64,000 nt of DNA from a virus. Lineage: Duplodnaviria > Caudoviricetes. How positions within the stretch are numbered: position 1 is the first letter of the stretch; the number at the start of each line of letters is the position of its first letter. Of this stretch, positions 53,165 to 63,967 are shown one piece after another. The position numbers and the translations under genes were made by a program. The notes beneath the pieces were generated by a model. It was not told the DNA's origin. It was given only the letters and a program-made list of their open reading frames with translations, and made no database searches. The stretch covers positions 6,461-70,460 of the IMG/VR virus record IMGVR_UViG_3300001598_000050; one strand, given 5' to 3'.

Positions 53165-55189
53165 TTAATATGTCCTCCAAATTACTTGAGTTCCACCAGC
53201 TAAAGAGTAGTTAGTACCATTAATCCCGATACTGGTTAAGCTGGCAGATGTTGTAGCGGGATTTACTGTTAAAGTACTCTGCTTTAATGCTAATTGATCA
53301 TAAACAAGTTTGGCTGATGGATATTGCGTATCGGTACTTGATGATGATATTGAAGTAACTTTATTGGAAGTATCTTCTTTTCCAGCAAGCTGAGTACTTG
53401 TCCAAGTTTGTGTTGCGAGTATTTGTCGTTGACTTGTATAATGGTTGTAGAATAGCGGTTCATTATTTTTTGAAACACCCAGCTTACCACGGCTTGTGCT
53501 TTTTGTGGCAAAATCAATGTAAGCATCGTCAGCATTTGTACCAATACCTAAAGCGGTATCACGAGCTGTTCCACCTGTTGTGCCGACCGTTATGCTCTGT
53601 ACATATTCATCATGTTGCTGAATTGACGTATCTGCTTTTCCTAATGACGTCTGTACTGCAGTCGTCATATCAGAGCTTGGAATACCATCTTCAGGTTTGC
53701 TATAGGTACCTTTAGAATCTAACTGTGTCTGTACATTAGAAGTTGTTCCAGATAAATAATTAATTTCAGTTGCAGTTGCAGATACATCTGTAATATTAGC
53801 AAGAGTATGTATATGACTTGGTAAATTACCACTTGTAATATTTGCAATACCACCGCTTAAAATTGAAGTGCCGTTGACCTGAACATCCTGAACAGTTCCG
53901 CCACCGGATGATTGTTGTTTTACCCAAGTTGATGTTGTTTCGGTAAGGTTAGAGCAGTAAATAAGGTCTCCGATACCGTATGATACTGAACCCTGTTCAA
54001 AGTTAGATGAACCAGAAGTTTCGTCAATTATGTAGGTCGCAGTGCTCTTAGGGACATATGTACCAGCAGTACCGACACGATAGTAGTCACCAACTTTATA
54101 GCTGTATGAATCGCCAACGCTTCCGAAAGGCTGGCTTGATACAGTACCGTTTGAGGCATCAAGTATTGCAAGGAAACGACCAATGCTCTTCAGATTGTTA
54201 ATTTCAGTCTGGAGTGTCTGTGTAGCATCGTAAACAAGTTTGGCTGATGGATATTGAGTATCGGTGCTTGATGATGATATTGAAGTAACTTTATTGGAAG
54301 TATCTTCTTTTGTGGCGAGGTATGTAGCGAGATCCTGACGGGTGCCATTCAGAGTCATTGTTATATTATCAGTAAATGTTCTTGTCCAATATTTATTTCC
54401 AACACTAGAATCAACAGAAGACGAACAACCTAAATAAGCAGTATTTGATGTTCCATTTCTAGGATACATAATATTGTTACGTGAACTATTTCCAACAGCA
54501 ACATTTGTACCTTCTAACTTTATATAACTTCTGGCGCTGGCAAATTCAGATTTAGCTTCGAGTGTTAGGTTGGTTGCCGACTGGAGATAAACATCACTAA
54601 AATACGCGGTGTCCCCTAAATACAAACTGTTACTGGTCGAATTCTCATACAAAACTGCTCTCCAAATAATTCTATCCGTAACCGCCACCCCACCAGTGTT
54701 AACTCTTGCGGAATAAGTTACGTGTGATGCATCCGAAGAAGTCGCTGCAAGTTGCAAATTATAGGCATAAGTACCAGTACCGACATTCCATTGGAAAGCA
54801 GGCATAGGTTCTGATGTTGCCGCCAATCCACTCCACAATGTGCCAGTAAGTTTTTTTGTGTCACCTGCTGTTAATGGCAAATATGCTTCTGCCAAATCGG
54901 CACTTGGAATACCCCCATCAGGCTTACTATACGTGCCAGCTCCAATATTTGTTCTTGCCTGTGTTTTTTGCTCTTCTGTTTTACCAGTATCGGCAGTATA
55001 ATGAACAGCGTTTAAGTCCGTAGCACCGCCTGACCCGGCCTGAATAGCATCATACGTTGCTTTCGCAGATGCATATTCAGTGTCGGTTGATGAGGAGGAC
55101 AAAGTTGTTGTTTTATTAAGAATGGTTTCAGCATTTTGTACTTCAGTTACGTTATACGCAGAACCACTCGATACTATTTTTTTACTCAT
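53165..55189 (-). CDS. tail fibre-related protein with internal repeats
   Basis: two KEDTSNKVTSISSSSTDTQYPSAKLVYD modules; GTYSKPxxGIPSxD modules. Confidence 0.65.
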   Translation of the reverse strand: MSKKIVSSGSAYNVTEVQNAETILNKTTTLSSSSTDTEYASAKATYDAIQAGSGGATDLNAVHYTADTGKTEEQKTQARTNIGAGTYSKPDGGIPSADLAEAYLPLTAGDTKKLTGTLWSGLAATSEPMPAFQWNVGTGTYAYNLQLAATSSDASHVTYSARVNTGGVAVTDRIIWRAVLYENSTSNSLYLGDTAYFSDVYLQSATNLTLEAKSEFASARSYIKLEGTNVAVGNSSRNNIMYPRNGTSNTAYLGCSSSVDSSVGNKYWTRTFTDNITMTLNGTRQDLATYLATKEDTSNKVTSISSSSTDTQYPSAKLVYDATQTLQTEINNLKSIGRFLAILDASNGTVSSQPFGSVGDSYSYKVGDYYRVGTAGTYVPKSTATYIIDETSGSSNFEQGSVSYGIGDLIYCSNLTETTSTWVKQQSSGGGTVQDVQVNGTSILSGGIANITSGNLPSHIHTLANITDVSATATEINYLSGTTSNVQTQLDSKGTYSKPEDGIPSSDMTTAVQTSLGKADTSIQQHDEYVQSITVGTTGGTARDTALGIGTNADDAYIDFATKSTSRGKLGVSKNNEPLFYNHYTSQRQILATQTWTSTQLAGKEDTSNKVTSISSSSTDTQYPSAKLVYDQLALKQSTLTVNPATTSASLTSIGINGTNYSLAGGTQVIWRTY
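53301..54311. repeat. 81-bp near-perfect direct repeat (53301-53381 and 54231-54311)
   Basis: taaacaagtttggctgatggatattg...gtatcttctttt; 2 mismatches by eye. Confidence 0.85.
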
Positions 55190-55203
55190 ATTTTATCCTC
55201 CTC

Positions 55204-58200
55204 TTAGACGCTTAAAGCGCCCCAATCTTCTGTTTCCATAATGATTTGATTGCTTGATACGACTTTAAATTTAACTATATATAAATGACCTGTTTCCAGA
55301 TTATTTAATGTAATTGTATTGCCTGTTGTTGACATGCCTGTAAATGTTGTATCGGTCATTATATAATTTGCAGGCGCAGTAAAGCTTGCTGTTGTTGTTG
55401 CCGCTGTGAAAATATACGACATGGTTTCGACATATGAAGCGCTGGTTTTAGGACTAGGTAATGTGATTGCAGGTGTTGTTGATCCTGCTCGAATTTCTTT
55501 ATCCCAAGCAAGTGAGGTGCTTATTTTAATCGGAAACGTAGGAATTGTAGAATATGTTAATGGTATACTGCTACTATTACAATAAACTGTATTGAGTAAT
55601 CCCGAGCCATCTCTCCATTCTGCAGTAAATCTTTTAGAGGCCGTCGTTGTTAGTTCTACAAATGTCTGACCTGATATATCAAATCCAACATCCGTTGAGT
55701 TGCTTACACAATATAAAGGTTCACCTATATAACCTTTTATTCTTTTATTGGCAAAAATAACGGTAGGTGCCTCATTAGCGGCTCTCATGTTCGGACTAGC
55801 AGCTGTAAAACGAATATCTGCCGTTCCGGATATCTGAGAATATTGAATGTTGCAATTTGAATTACTGAGATTTACTTGATCAAGGTTAACCCAACTCATT
55901 GATAACACAGAATTATAAATACGTTCGGCTGTACCTGTAACGTTTATAAATGTAGAAGCAAAAAATTCGAAGGCGCTATCAAAGTTTATATCTACATCTT
56001 GAATAGATCCCGTGCAATTTAAAGTATAATGCGGCCAATTATTAGGACTCCAAACATTTCCTGTTGAACGCAGATTTACACTACGGGCATTGGTAGTGTC
56101 TAGCAAAATAACAAATGGCCAAGCAGCGTCAGGATCATAAAAATGTAAATTACACATATTAAAATTTGATAAAGAACTTTTGCCATACTGTACTGATAAG
56201 TCAGTCTCTCCGCCCATAGTATATAAAACTGTGGTGTATGATCGGGAATTATTCTTTGAGCTATTCACGTAATTACTTTTGATATTACCAGCCCAAAAAG
56301 CTAGATTTTTGAAATCCCAAGAACAAAAATTATTTCTTTCGTCTTTCAATCCGTAGATACATCCTTTACCATTTGCAGAAGTATCGCACCATCTATGTAT
56401 AGCATTATTATTTTCAAACTGATAATCAACTACCCATTGAGACAAATCGCAATTTGCATAATATGTATCACCAGCATGTCTTGCAGCTGCACATCTTTCG
56501 TTAAATGACGTGGAGGTATCAGCAGTTAGAATAAGATCAAACGGATGATTTCCATTGACATAGCTTGTGAGCATAGAGTTGGCTGTAAGCTCATAATCCG
56601 TCAATCTATACTTTGCACCCGGTATCAGCAAACTATTATCTTTCAATAATTTTAATTCAGCATACGTTCCTACAAAATAAGAACTCAAATCACCAGCTGT
56701 ATTCAAGAATGTTGACAATAAAGTCGTTGATAAGTCAGCTGTTGTATATCCTTTATATGCTTCAGTGCCATTTACAAGCCCAATTGCTTTACAAGCAGTT
56801 ACACTTGCGCCGGTTTTATATGAAAATGTAATTAAATAGTCCTTTGTATTAAGAGCTGAGACATCAATTAAAACGTGTTGGCCAAGAGCGTTTACTTGAT
56901 CAATCAATGTAATCATAGTTGCAAGTGTTGTATTGATATCTGTTATTCTTAACACATAAGGTAAATCGTTATTGTTTCCTGAAGCAGCAATATAATCGCT
57001 GATAAGTGTTGTTCCAGAATATCCAACAAGGCTACCGTAAACATGTCTATTGAGCAAGTCAAATATAAACATAAAATCTACGGTCGATTCGGTATATTTC
57101 TGAACTAAGCAGACATATGCCCCGGTTATTTGATTGTGCATATCGAAGAATGCATGTCTTCCGGCGGTATTAATTTCATCAACTTTAGCTGCTAATTGAG
57201 CCATTGTTGTAATTGATGTATCAATTGTTACTGACTCATATCCTGCCGGTATTGATTGAATTGCATCGTAAACCGCCTTTGCAGAAGGATATTGGGTGTC
57301 CGTTGATGATGCAGACATTGAAGTAACTTTATTTGTTTTATCTTCTTTGCCTGAGATGTCTTGGTGTTGTGTTAAGAAACCACTATCATTAACAATATCG
57401 CTTGTCTTTGTAGGAACAGCGATATTTGCAACTGTGTTTGTAACTACCGATACCCCGTTTTTCTGCACATCGGTTACAGGAACTTTTGCGGTTTCAAGCT
57501 TGCACAATGTAGCAGTTGAGCCTGTAATACTACACCATCTATCAGGAACATCAATTTCCTGAATGTATATATTGTCTCCAAGTTTTAATTCGCTTGCTTG
57601 ATGAACCACGCTATCAATCGTAGTAAATGTTGTAATTGTAATTGTCGCATCCTGAGTATCGAAACTCGGGTTTGTTGCTTTACTAATTACATAGGTTTTT
57701 GTCTTGCCTTCGGCGATTTCCTTAATATCCTGCTCGGTATCAAAGACAGCCTTAGCCGAAGGATATTGAGTATCCGTCGAAGCAGAAGTAATTGTTGTAA
57801 CTTTATTTGCAGAGCTTTCTGCGCCGATATTCGTCCTTGCAATCGCCTGCTGCTCTGCCGTCTTCGTTTCTGCAAGATAGTGAACAGCATTTGTATCAGT
57901 AGATGAACCGCTGTCTGCAAGCTTCCATTCTACACCATCAATTGTAAGGAACTTTGCCTCTGTTGCTGTTGTACCAGTTGTAGAAGCAGTTACAGTTGAC
58001 TTTGTTGATACATTATCGTAAACAACTTTCGCTGTTGGATATTGTGTATCGGTACTTTCTGATGATAAAATGGCTGTTTTATTTGCAGTCGTTTCTTTTG
58101 TATTGTCTATGACATCCTGAGCAGATGCTGTTCTATATGCTGCAAGACTTTGGTGAGTTTGTAGGGCTGTATCGGCTTTTCCTAAGGATGTTTGGACATC

Positions 58201-58437
58201 TGAAGCCAGGTCGGTTTTGGGTATGCCGCTATCTGGCTTTGTGTATGTTCCCTTACCATCGAGGGCGGTTTTTACACCGCCCGATGTGATAAGGTTGCTA
58301 CTATCTGTTGTTGGCACTGTGTCAATGTCGATTGTAGTAGCTTGTTCAACTTCAGCCCTTTTAAGGAAAACTGCATTTCCCCAGGCTTTTATTTTCGTTA
58401 TAAGCTCTGTTAAGCCTGTTTGAGTTAATACTTTCAT
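55204..58437 (-). CDS. large tail fibre-related protein
   Basis: three NKxTxxSxxSTDTQYPxAKxVxD modules plus fibre-like and globular domains. Confidence 0.65.
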   Translation of the reverse strand: MKVLTQTGLTELITKIKAWGNAVFLKRAEVEQATTIDIDTVPTTDSSNLITSGGVKTALDGKGTYTKPDSGIPKTDLASDVQTSLGKADTALQTHQSLAAYRTASAQDVIDNTKETTANKTAILSSESTDTQYPTAKVVYDNVSTKSTVTASTTGTTATEAKFLTIDGVEWKLADSGSSTDTNAVHYLAETKTAEQQAIARTNIGAESSANKVTTITSASTDTQYPSAKAVFDTEQDIKEIAEGKTKTYVISKATNPSFDTQDATITITTFTTIDSVVHQASELKLGDNIYIQEIDVPDRWCSITGSTATLCKLETAKVPVTDVQKNGVSVVTNTVANIAVPTKTSDIVNDSGFLTQHQDISGKEDKTNKVTSMSASSTDTQYPSAKAVYDAIQSIPAGYESVTIDTSITTMAQLAAKVDEINTAGRHAFFDMHNQITGAYVCLVQKYTESTVDFMFIFDLLNRHVYGSLVGYSGTTLISDYIAASGNNNDLPYVLRITDINTTLATMITLIDQVNALGQHVLIDVSALNTKDYLITFSYKTGASVTACKAIGLVNGTEAYKGYTTADLSTTLLSTFLNTAGDLSSYFVGTYAELKLLKDNSLLIPGAKYRLTDYELTANSMLTSYVNGNHPFDLILTADTSTSFNERCAAARHAGDTYYANCDLSQWVVDYQFENNNAIHRWCDTSANGKGCIYGLKDERNNFCSWDFKNLAFWAGNIKSNYVNSSKNNSRSYTTVLYTMGGETDLSVQYGKSSLSNFNMCNLHFYDPDAAWPFVILLDTTNARSVNLRSTGNVWSPNNWPHYTLNCTGSIQDVDINFDSAFEFFASTFINVTGTAERIYNSVLSMSWVNLDQVNLSNSNCNIQYSQISGTADIRFTAASPNMRAANEAPTVIFANKRIKGYIGEPLYCVSNSTDVGFDISGQTFVELTTTASKRFTAEWRDGSGLLNTVYCNSSSIPLTYSTIPTFPIKISTSLAWDKEIRAGSTTPAITLPSPKTSASYVETMSYIFTAATTTASFTAPANYIMTDTTFTGMSTTGNTITLNNLETGHLYIVKFKVVSSNQIIMETEDWGALSV

Positions 58438-58453
58438 TCTTTATACTCCTTAA

Positions 58454-61400
58454 TTAGACTATTAATTTTATATTTGCATAACGTGTTTGTGACGTAGTGT
58501 TACCCGATGCGTCCCAATAACCGCCTATAAATTGTAATTTATATGTTCCAGATAATTCTGTAACATCTATTTCGTAATCATACCAAGTATTGGCGACAAG
58601 AGAGCCATATGCTACACTAACCGTTTTAACGGCTGTAGAAGTAGAAGTATCAATTACTTGAACATATACAATGCCATGATTTACTACCTTGCAGCCTGAA
58701 AATGTAATTTTACTATATCCAGTTAAGTCCACAGAAGTGTACCATTTGGCCATAACCCCACCAGTGCCGCCCGGAGGCTTGCTTGATGTTCCGATCAATG
58801 AAAAACCATCTGTGCCAGCATAAAGACTTGTAATCACAGAATGTGATCCTGAACGATCGGCATTTTCAAATGTACCAGCGTTAAAATCTGTTGCAGTAAA
58901 TAACTTGTCTGTTACCGTATATCCGCCCGTGAAAGCAGTCGATGTTGCACTTGAGAAGAATCTCGATCTTATTCTATCGTAAAAACCATATACACCATCA
59001 GATATACGCTTTACAGGAGCAAGATCGATAACAGGTTTACCTTCATTATAAAGCTTGAATTTATAAATTTTACCTTTAAAGTTTGAGCCATCAGCATCAT
59101 ATCCATTTTTAATAGTAAATAACTTCATCGAGTTTGTGTTTGTAAACGATGATTTGGTCTTTGCAGTCGTTTTAAAAGTATCATCAATGATACCATTAAC
59201 TCCAAAAGCATTCGCTTCAATAAAACCTTCACGCAATGCTGTATCTCCAACTGGTACATTACTAAAGTATAATTGGAAGTCTGTATACATACTAAAACCA
59301 CGGAGCGTGCGTGTTCCTGCAACCTGATTTGATGCATAACCTAATCCCATAAGATGATAATCGTCTAGAGTGGGTTTTGAACAAAAGATTAAATGCCATT
59401 TATCCGTTGGTGTCAAATCTGTTTGTTGGAATTTACAATCAGCCATAAACTTAATTTCATCGAAGTTTTTATAATCTAAATCAGCATAAGCATCATTAGT
59501 ATTTTGTATCCAATCTACAAGTTGATATCCCGTTATTGCTTTTTCGAGATTTCCGCCAGAAACCGTTCCATTTCCAACATCGTAATAACAAACTTTATTT
59601 ATCTTATCATATAGACACCATTTATTATTTGTAGTATTTTTAGCAGGTACAAGATCTCTAACAACTATGTTGTTTTCAATAATTTTACAGCTGAAAACAC
59701 GAATTGTATTAAATGGACTTGTTGAAGATCGATAATCGGAACCGATTGTATAAGGCTTGTTCGTTGTTGTAATAGCCCTATTATTTGTTGTCTGCCAATT
59801 ATCGATTCTATATGTATTTCCTGTACAATATAGATGAAATTTATGACGAAGTCCATCTATAGCCGTCGAAGTATTATCAATAGCAGAAGTATCTGTAGAT
59901 AATCTTGTTACCACCCGTTTTTGTGAATTTACATTCAATTCAAAACAGTTATAATGAGAACTTTCGTTTTCGTATGTTGTTAACAAGCAGTATCTATGCG
60001 TTAAATCAGGCACCTCAACATCCATATAACAATTCATAGTATTGGATGAATTTGGATAAATACCTGTCGGTATTTTGCCTCCGCCTGTTATATCAATGTA
60101 ATCGTAAAACGTTACTTTATCTTCAGTAGGATGAATCTCAGGACCAGGTGTAAAGGTTCCGCTTCCAGCATTGGTCAAAAACACTTGATTAATTTGATCA
60201 TATAATCCAATAGCTCCGTCTGAATCGCGTTTCATTGGAATATATTTATGAATTGTTGATCCATCTCTCACAACTTCAAAACTATATAATTTTATTTCAG
60301 AAGGCGAAATATCAACCTGCGCGCCTCCAGCGCCAGCAGTATTCAAATTAAATAAGAAGAGCGCATTTGTACAATCTTCAACGGTACCAGTTGTACTACC
60401 ACTATAAGTTGTAGAACCATCCGTCCAACTAGCAGTCTTGTTTTGTGTAGTTAATGTAACTCGCTTATTATACATACCATTATTAAGAAGCGTTTCCGCA
60501 CCTGATCGGCTAAATCTATAATAATTAGATCCAGCGAATCTTACAAAGAAACAATATGCTTTGTATAAATATGATCCCTGACGAGCACCAAAAATAGCCT
60601 CAAAAGCATTAGTTGTGCTTACAGTCTGGAAATCCATTATGAATTTATCAGCAGCTAATGGGATGTAATTTGTATTTATATACTGCGTTCCGGTACTTTC
60701 AATGTATTCTAATTGAGTGTAGCCTGTTATGACCGGTTCAATCTTCGGCCCAGCAACAAATGTACTTCCAGTTGTTTTCGAAATATTTCCATAAAATATT
60801 CCGCCAATCTTCTCATACATACCAACTTCGCTATCGCTCTTACGTTTAACGGGAATAAATTCCTTAACAACTTGCCCATTTTCAGAAATCTTAACGCTAT
60901 AAATCTTAGCATTTACATTCATGCTAGATTCGTTTCCGTTATTATTATATCCAAAAATATACGCAACGGCCTTATTTTGAGCGTCTAAAGATGATGAAAT
61001 CGTTGCAACTTGCGTGTCATTTACACTCATTTTTCTATCGTTCAAATAATTTAGCTTGATAGTTATCTTTGAGTTGGCTGTGTAAGACGGGCCTGTAAGG
61101 TCGGTATTCCAACCGAAATTAACTGTCTGTACAATATTTGTAAGCCATCTTGAATTATTATATTCTTTACTACCTAACAACACAGAAGTTGTTGTGTCGC
61201 TTGTTGACTTAGATGCAACAACTTCAAAGCCACTTGTGTTAGTTGGGACATATTTTGTGTTAATAAAAGCATTGTTTTGCTCAGTTATGTATTCAAGTTG
61301 ATCAAAATTTGTGAGCGGTTCAGCACCAGGATGAGCTGATTTTGCTGTCCAAGTGCCAGCCATATTCATTGCCTTTGACCATCTTGAATGGCTTGTAAAA

Positions 61401-62701
61401 TCAGCGAGGTGTCCGCTACGCTGTACGGCGTCTCTAAATACCGAGTTGTTTACACAAGCCCACATTAAACTACCTGAACATTGTTTCAAGAGGTAATTTC
61501 GAGCTGTATTATTGGCCATAATTGCTTCCATTTTGCCAAGGATTCGAGTGTCATTATCGCCATAAGCTGATAAGCCGCTCAGGTCATCTCCGAAAGCATA
61601 TCCCATGGCTTTAATATAAGTCGTTCCGCCAAAGTTTGTTTGGGCAAGTCGAATATCGTAGTTCCAGTTTGTTGAGGTATGTGTTGGGTCAATAATGCTT
61701 CCGACTCCCAATACATAATCAGCTGTAGCGCCATTACCTATTGTACCAGATTGCCACTCATGGTAATCTCCATCATAATAAGATTGATGTAAATCTCTTA
61801 TAGCAGAACGTCCAGAGAGCACATGATACCAAGATTGAGGATAAGTTCCTCCAACCTTCGCATAACAGAATAATCTTACATCTTTACCGTAACCGTCAAT
61901 AGGTTTCTTTGTTGCTAATCCGACTCGATAGTCATAAGATGCACCTGTGCAAGTAGAACCGATAGCAATATTATCGGTGTTTTTGGTGACCGTAATCCAA
62001 GATTCCTGAGCTGTAGAACCCCAAACTTTTTGCCATCCGCCCGTTACTTCTTCACATTCATCACCATAATAATAGCAATAATATGTTTGATCGGGTGGAA
62101 TTATATCGCCACCAGAAAGTGGAACGGTACCGCCATTTCCGTAGAATTTATTTGTAATTAGATCCCAGAAACCATATTCGTTATTTGCTTTCTTTTTAAC
62201 AGGAATCATATCTCTTATAAGAGTGGTTCCATTGTATATTTTACAATAATACATACGCATAACGCTGCCGTCAACTTTATTGCCGAGCAGATAGATATGA
62301 TTAGTGGTTGTAAAAGTTGTTTGCTTTAAGGTAACCGTACCTCCGTTTATTATGGCTCTGCCTTGACCTATATTAATAATGAACTCAGTATCGGTACCAA
62401 CAGATCCACTACTATAGGTCCAAACTGAGCCTCCATAATATCCACCGAGTTTATTAGTCATTTGGAATTCACAATCTCCGCCAGCGGCTGCTGCGTGGAA
62501 CACCTTATCCCAATAAGTATAATGTCCATACACTTTCGTATCGACAATTATGTTCCATGTCATTTCAACGTTTGTATCAATCCAAGTGTTATTATTTCCT
62601 GTTCCGTTTGATTTTACATATTCAACATCATAATAGTCAGTATGATAATCGTAATCAGTATCACTTAAAATGACACTTCGTCTTCTCGGTGCCGAACTCA
62701 T
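58454..62701 (-). CDS. 1415-aa tail/adhesin protein with about five tandem lectin/ConA-like repeats
   Basis: recurrent Y..(L/V)EYI...G..YI.T ... IPVKR..D...G.YD.I...FY.N...G.F..G modules. Confidence 0.7.
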   Translation of the reverse strand: MSSAPRRRSVILSDTDYDYHTDYYDVEYVKSNGTGNNNTWIDTNVEMTWNIIVDTKVYGHYTYWDKVFHAAAAGGDCEFQMTNKLGGYYGGSVWTYSSGSVGTDTEFIINIGQGRAIINGGTVTLKQTTFTTTNHIYLLGNKVDGSVMRMYYCKIYNGTTLIRDMIPVKKKANNEYGFWDLITNKFYGNGGTVPLSGGDIIPPDQTYYCYYYGDECEEVTGGWQKVWGSTAQESWITVTKNTDNIAIGSTCTGASYDYRVGLATKKPIDGYGKDVRLFCYAKVGGTYPQSWYHVLSGRSAIRDLHQSYYDGDYHEWQSGTIGNGATADYVLGVGSIIDPTHTSTNWNYDIRLAQTNFGGTTYIKAMGYAFGDDLSGLSAYGDNDTRILGKMEAIMANNTARNYLLKQCSGSLMWACVNNSVFRDAVQRSGHLADFTSHSRWSKAMNMAGTWTAKSAHPGAEPLTNFDQLEYITEQNNAFINTKYVPTNTSGFEVVASKSTSDTTTSVLLGSKEYNNSRWLTNIVQTVNFGWNTDLTGPSYTANSKITIKLNYLNDRKMSVNDTQVATISSSLDAQNKAVAYIFGYNNNGNESSMNVNAKIYSVKISENGQVVKEFIPVKRKSDSEVGMYEKIGGIFYGNISKTTGSTFVAGPKIEPVITGYTQLEYIESTGTQYINTNYIPLAADKFIMDFQTVSTTNAFEAIFGARQGSYLYKAYCFFVRFAGSNYYRFSRSGAETLLNNGMYNKRVTLTTQNKTASWTDGSTTYSGSTTGTVEDCTNALFLFNLNTAGAGGAQVDISPSEIKLYSFEVVRDGSTIHKYIPMKRDSDGAIGLYDQINQVFLTNAGSGTFTPGPEIHPTEDKVTFYDYIDITGGGKIPTGIYPNSSNTMNCYMDVEVPDLTHRYCLLTTYENESSHYNCFELNVNSQKRVVTRLSTDTSAIDNTSTAIDGLRHKFHLYCTGNTYRIDNWQTTNNRAITTTNKPYTIGSDYRSSTSPFNTIRVFSCKIIENNIVVRDLVPAKNTTNNKWCLYDKINKVCYYDVGNGTVSGGNLEKAITGYQLVDWIQNTNDAYADLDYKNFDEIKFMADCKFQQTDLTPTDKWHLIFCSKPTLDDYHLMGLGYASNQVAGTRTLRGFSMYTDFQLYFSNVPVGDTALREGFIEANAFGVNGIIDDTFKTTAKTKSSFTNTNSMKLFTIKNGYDADGSNFKGKIYKFKLYNEGKPVIDLAPVKRISDGVYGFYDRIRSRFFSSATSTAFTGGYTVTDKLFTATDFNAGTFENADRSGSHSVITSLYAGTDGFSLIGTSSKPPGGTGGVMAKWYTSVDLTGYSKITFSGCKVVNHGIVYVQVIDTSTSTAVKTVSVAYGSLVANTWYDYEIDVTELSGTYKLQFIGGYWDASGNTTSQTRYANIKLIV

Positions 62702-62714
62702 ATCATTACCTCCT

Positions 62715-63119
62715 TTATACTGTTAACCATTCTTTCCTTACTAACGCAATATGTGTCGAATCAAGCACAATGAAAGAAACTTCGTAAATACTTCCTACTG
62801 TAAGGTCTGAATAAGCTATTGAATTTCCGCCACTTACTCCGCCAAATCCACTGCTATCAGCAAGTTTAAAGGCGGGCGGTGCTGTAAATGTTGCACCTGT
62901 GGTAGCGGCTGTAAAAATATATCTAATTTCCTCTGTAGTTTCAAGGCCGGGGACGGGCAGAACTACCGATGGCGTAACTGTGCCAGGTCTGAATTCTTGA
63001 TTCCAACCCGAGAGTTGTGTTACGATCGGATAATTTCCGCCCCCTGAGCCATTTACACCCAGAGCTTTTCCAGTAGAGCCTAAATAGACTTGACCAGAAC
63101 TATTTCCAACAATTGTCAT
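62715..63119 (-). CDS. small tail-associated protein, paralog of the C-terminus of the 55204 gene
   Basis: TPSVVLPVP...YIFTAATTGATFTAP versus TPAITLPSP...YIFTAATTTASFTAP. Confidence 0.65.
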   Translation of the reverse strand: MTIVGNSSGQVYLGSTGKALGVNGSGGGNYPIVTQLSGWNQEFRPGTVTPSVVLPVPGLETTEEIRYIFTAATTGATFTAPPAFKLADSSGFGGVSGGNSIAYSDLTVGSIYEVSFIVLDSTHIALVRKEWLTV

Positions 63120-63131
63120 TTTAGGCCCTCC

Positions 63132-63539
63132 TTATTGTGTAGAATCCCATAAAGTGTCAACTTCAGCCGCAGTAAACTCATCTGGTTTAATCTTATATTG
63201 TGTGCCGTTTACTGTAATATAATTACCTTCAGTTGTCGAAGTACCAGTTGTAGCAACCGATACAGTTGACTTTGTTGCAAGCTGATCATATACCACTTTT
63301 GCACCAGGATATTGCGTATTTGTTGAAGATGAGCTGAGAGTGCTTACTTTATTCGATAAATTTTCTTTTTGATCAAGCGCTGTTTTTGTGCCGCCTGACG
63401 TGATTAGATTTTGACTTCCAGAAGTCGGAGTGGTATCAATGTTGATAACGGTGAGTTCTTGTGCTTCTGATTTCTGAAAGAAATTTGTTTTTATTAGATT
63501 TAATAACTTCTTAAGAGAAGTTGTTGATAATGTTTTCAT
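63132..63539 (-). CDS. small tail-associated protein, paralog of the N-terminus of the 55204 gene
   Basis: IDTTPTSGSQNLITSGGTKTALD versus IDTVPTTDSSNLITSGGVKTALD; contains the STNTQYPGAKVVYD module. Confidence 0.7.
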   Translation of the reverse strand: MKTLSTTSLKKLLNLIKTNFFQKSEAQELTVINIDTTPTSGSQNLITSGGTKTALDQKENLSNKVSTLSSSSTNTQYPGAKVVYDQLATKSTVSVATTGTSTTEGNYITVNGTQYKIKPDEFTAAEVDTLWDSTQ

Positions 63540-63562
63540 GTTATTTTAACTTCTCCTTTTTA

Positions 63563-63967
63563 TTATGCGGTGCGGGTTGCGTTTGTGTATAACCATCGTA
63601 TGAGATTTAAATTGTTTATATCAGTTCCGTCAATAAAATTCCACGTAACTATTCTGCCACTAGATGTGCTTCCTATATCTCCCGATATTACATAAAGATT
63701 TAATAACTCTTCGGAGGTTCTTAAAAATGCCGCTTGAGAAGGAACTCTAAACCAATTTTCAGAAGCTGGAAACCATGCATTATTTTCAGATGACGGTACA
63801 TATTGTGCTGTGGTGCCACTTGTATATCCTAAATATAATTTACAATAAATATTATCGGATGGAGTAAGAGCCAAATTACTTATGTTACATGTATAATTGA
63901 TAGTGAATTTTCCAGTGGCACCCGCTATAGTTTTAGGGCAGCTAAGTACCCAGGTTTGGCCTGCCAA
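63563..63967 (-). CDS. hypothetical tail-region protein, probably starting outside the window
   Basis: ORF track 134 aa near the window edge. Confidence 0.5.
   Translation of the reverse strand: MAGQTWVLSCPKTIAGATGKFTINYTCNISNLALTPSDNIYCKLYLGYTSGTTAQYVPSSENNAWFPASENWFRVPSQAAFLRTSEELLNLYVISGDIGSTSSGRIVTWNFIDGTDINNLNLIRWLYTNATRTA

Noticed and set aside
51307-63967. Diversity-generating retroelement acting on tail genes
   Set aside because: No reverse transcriptase in the window, and the mismatches in the 81-bp repeat pair are too few to show an adenine-specific TR/VR pattern.
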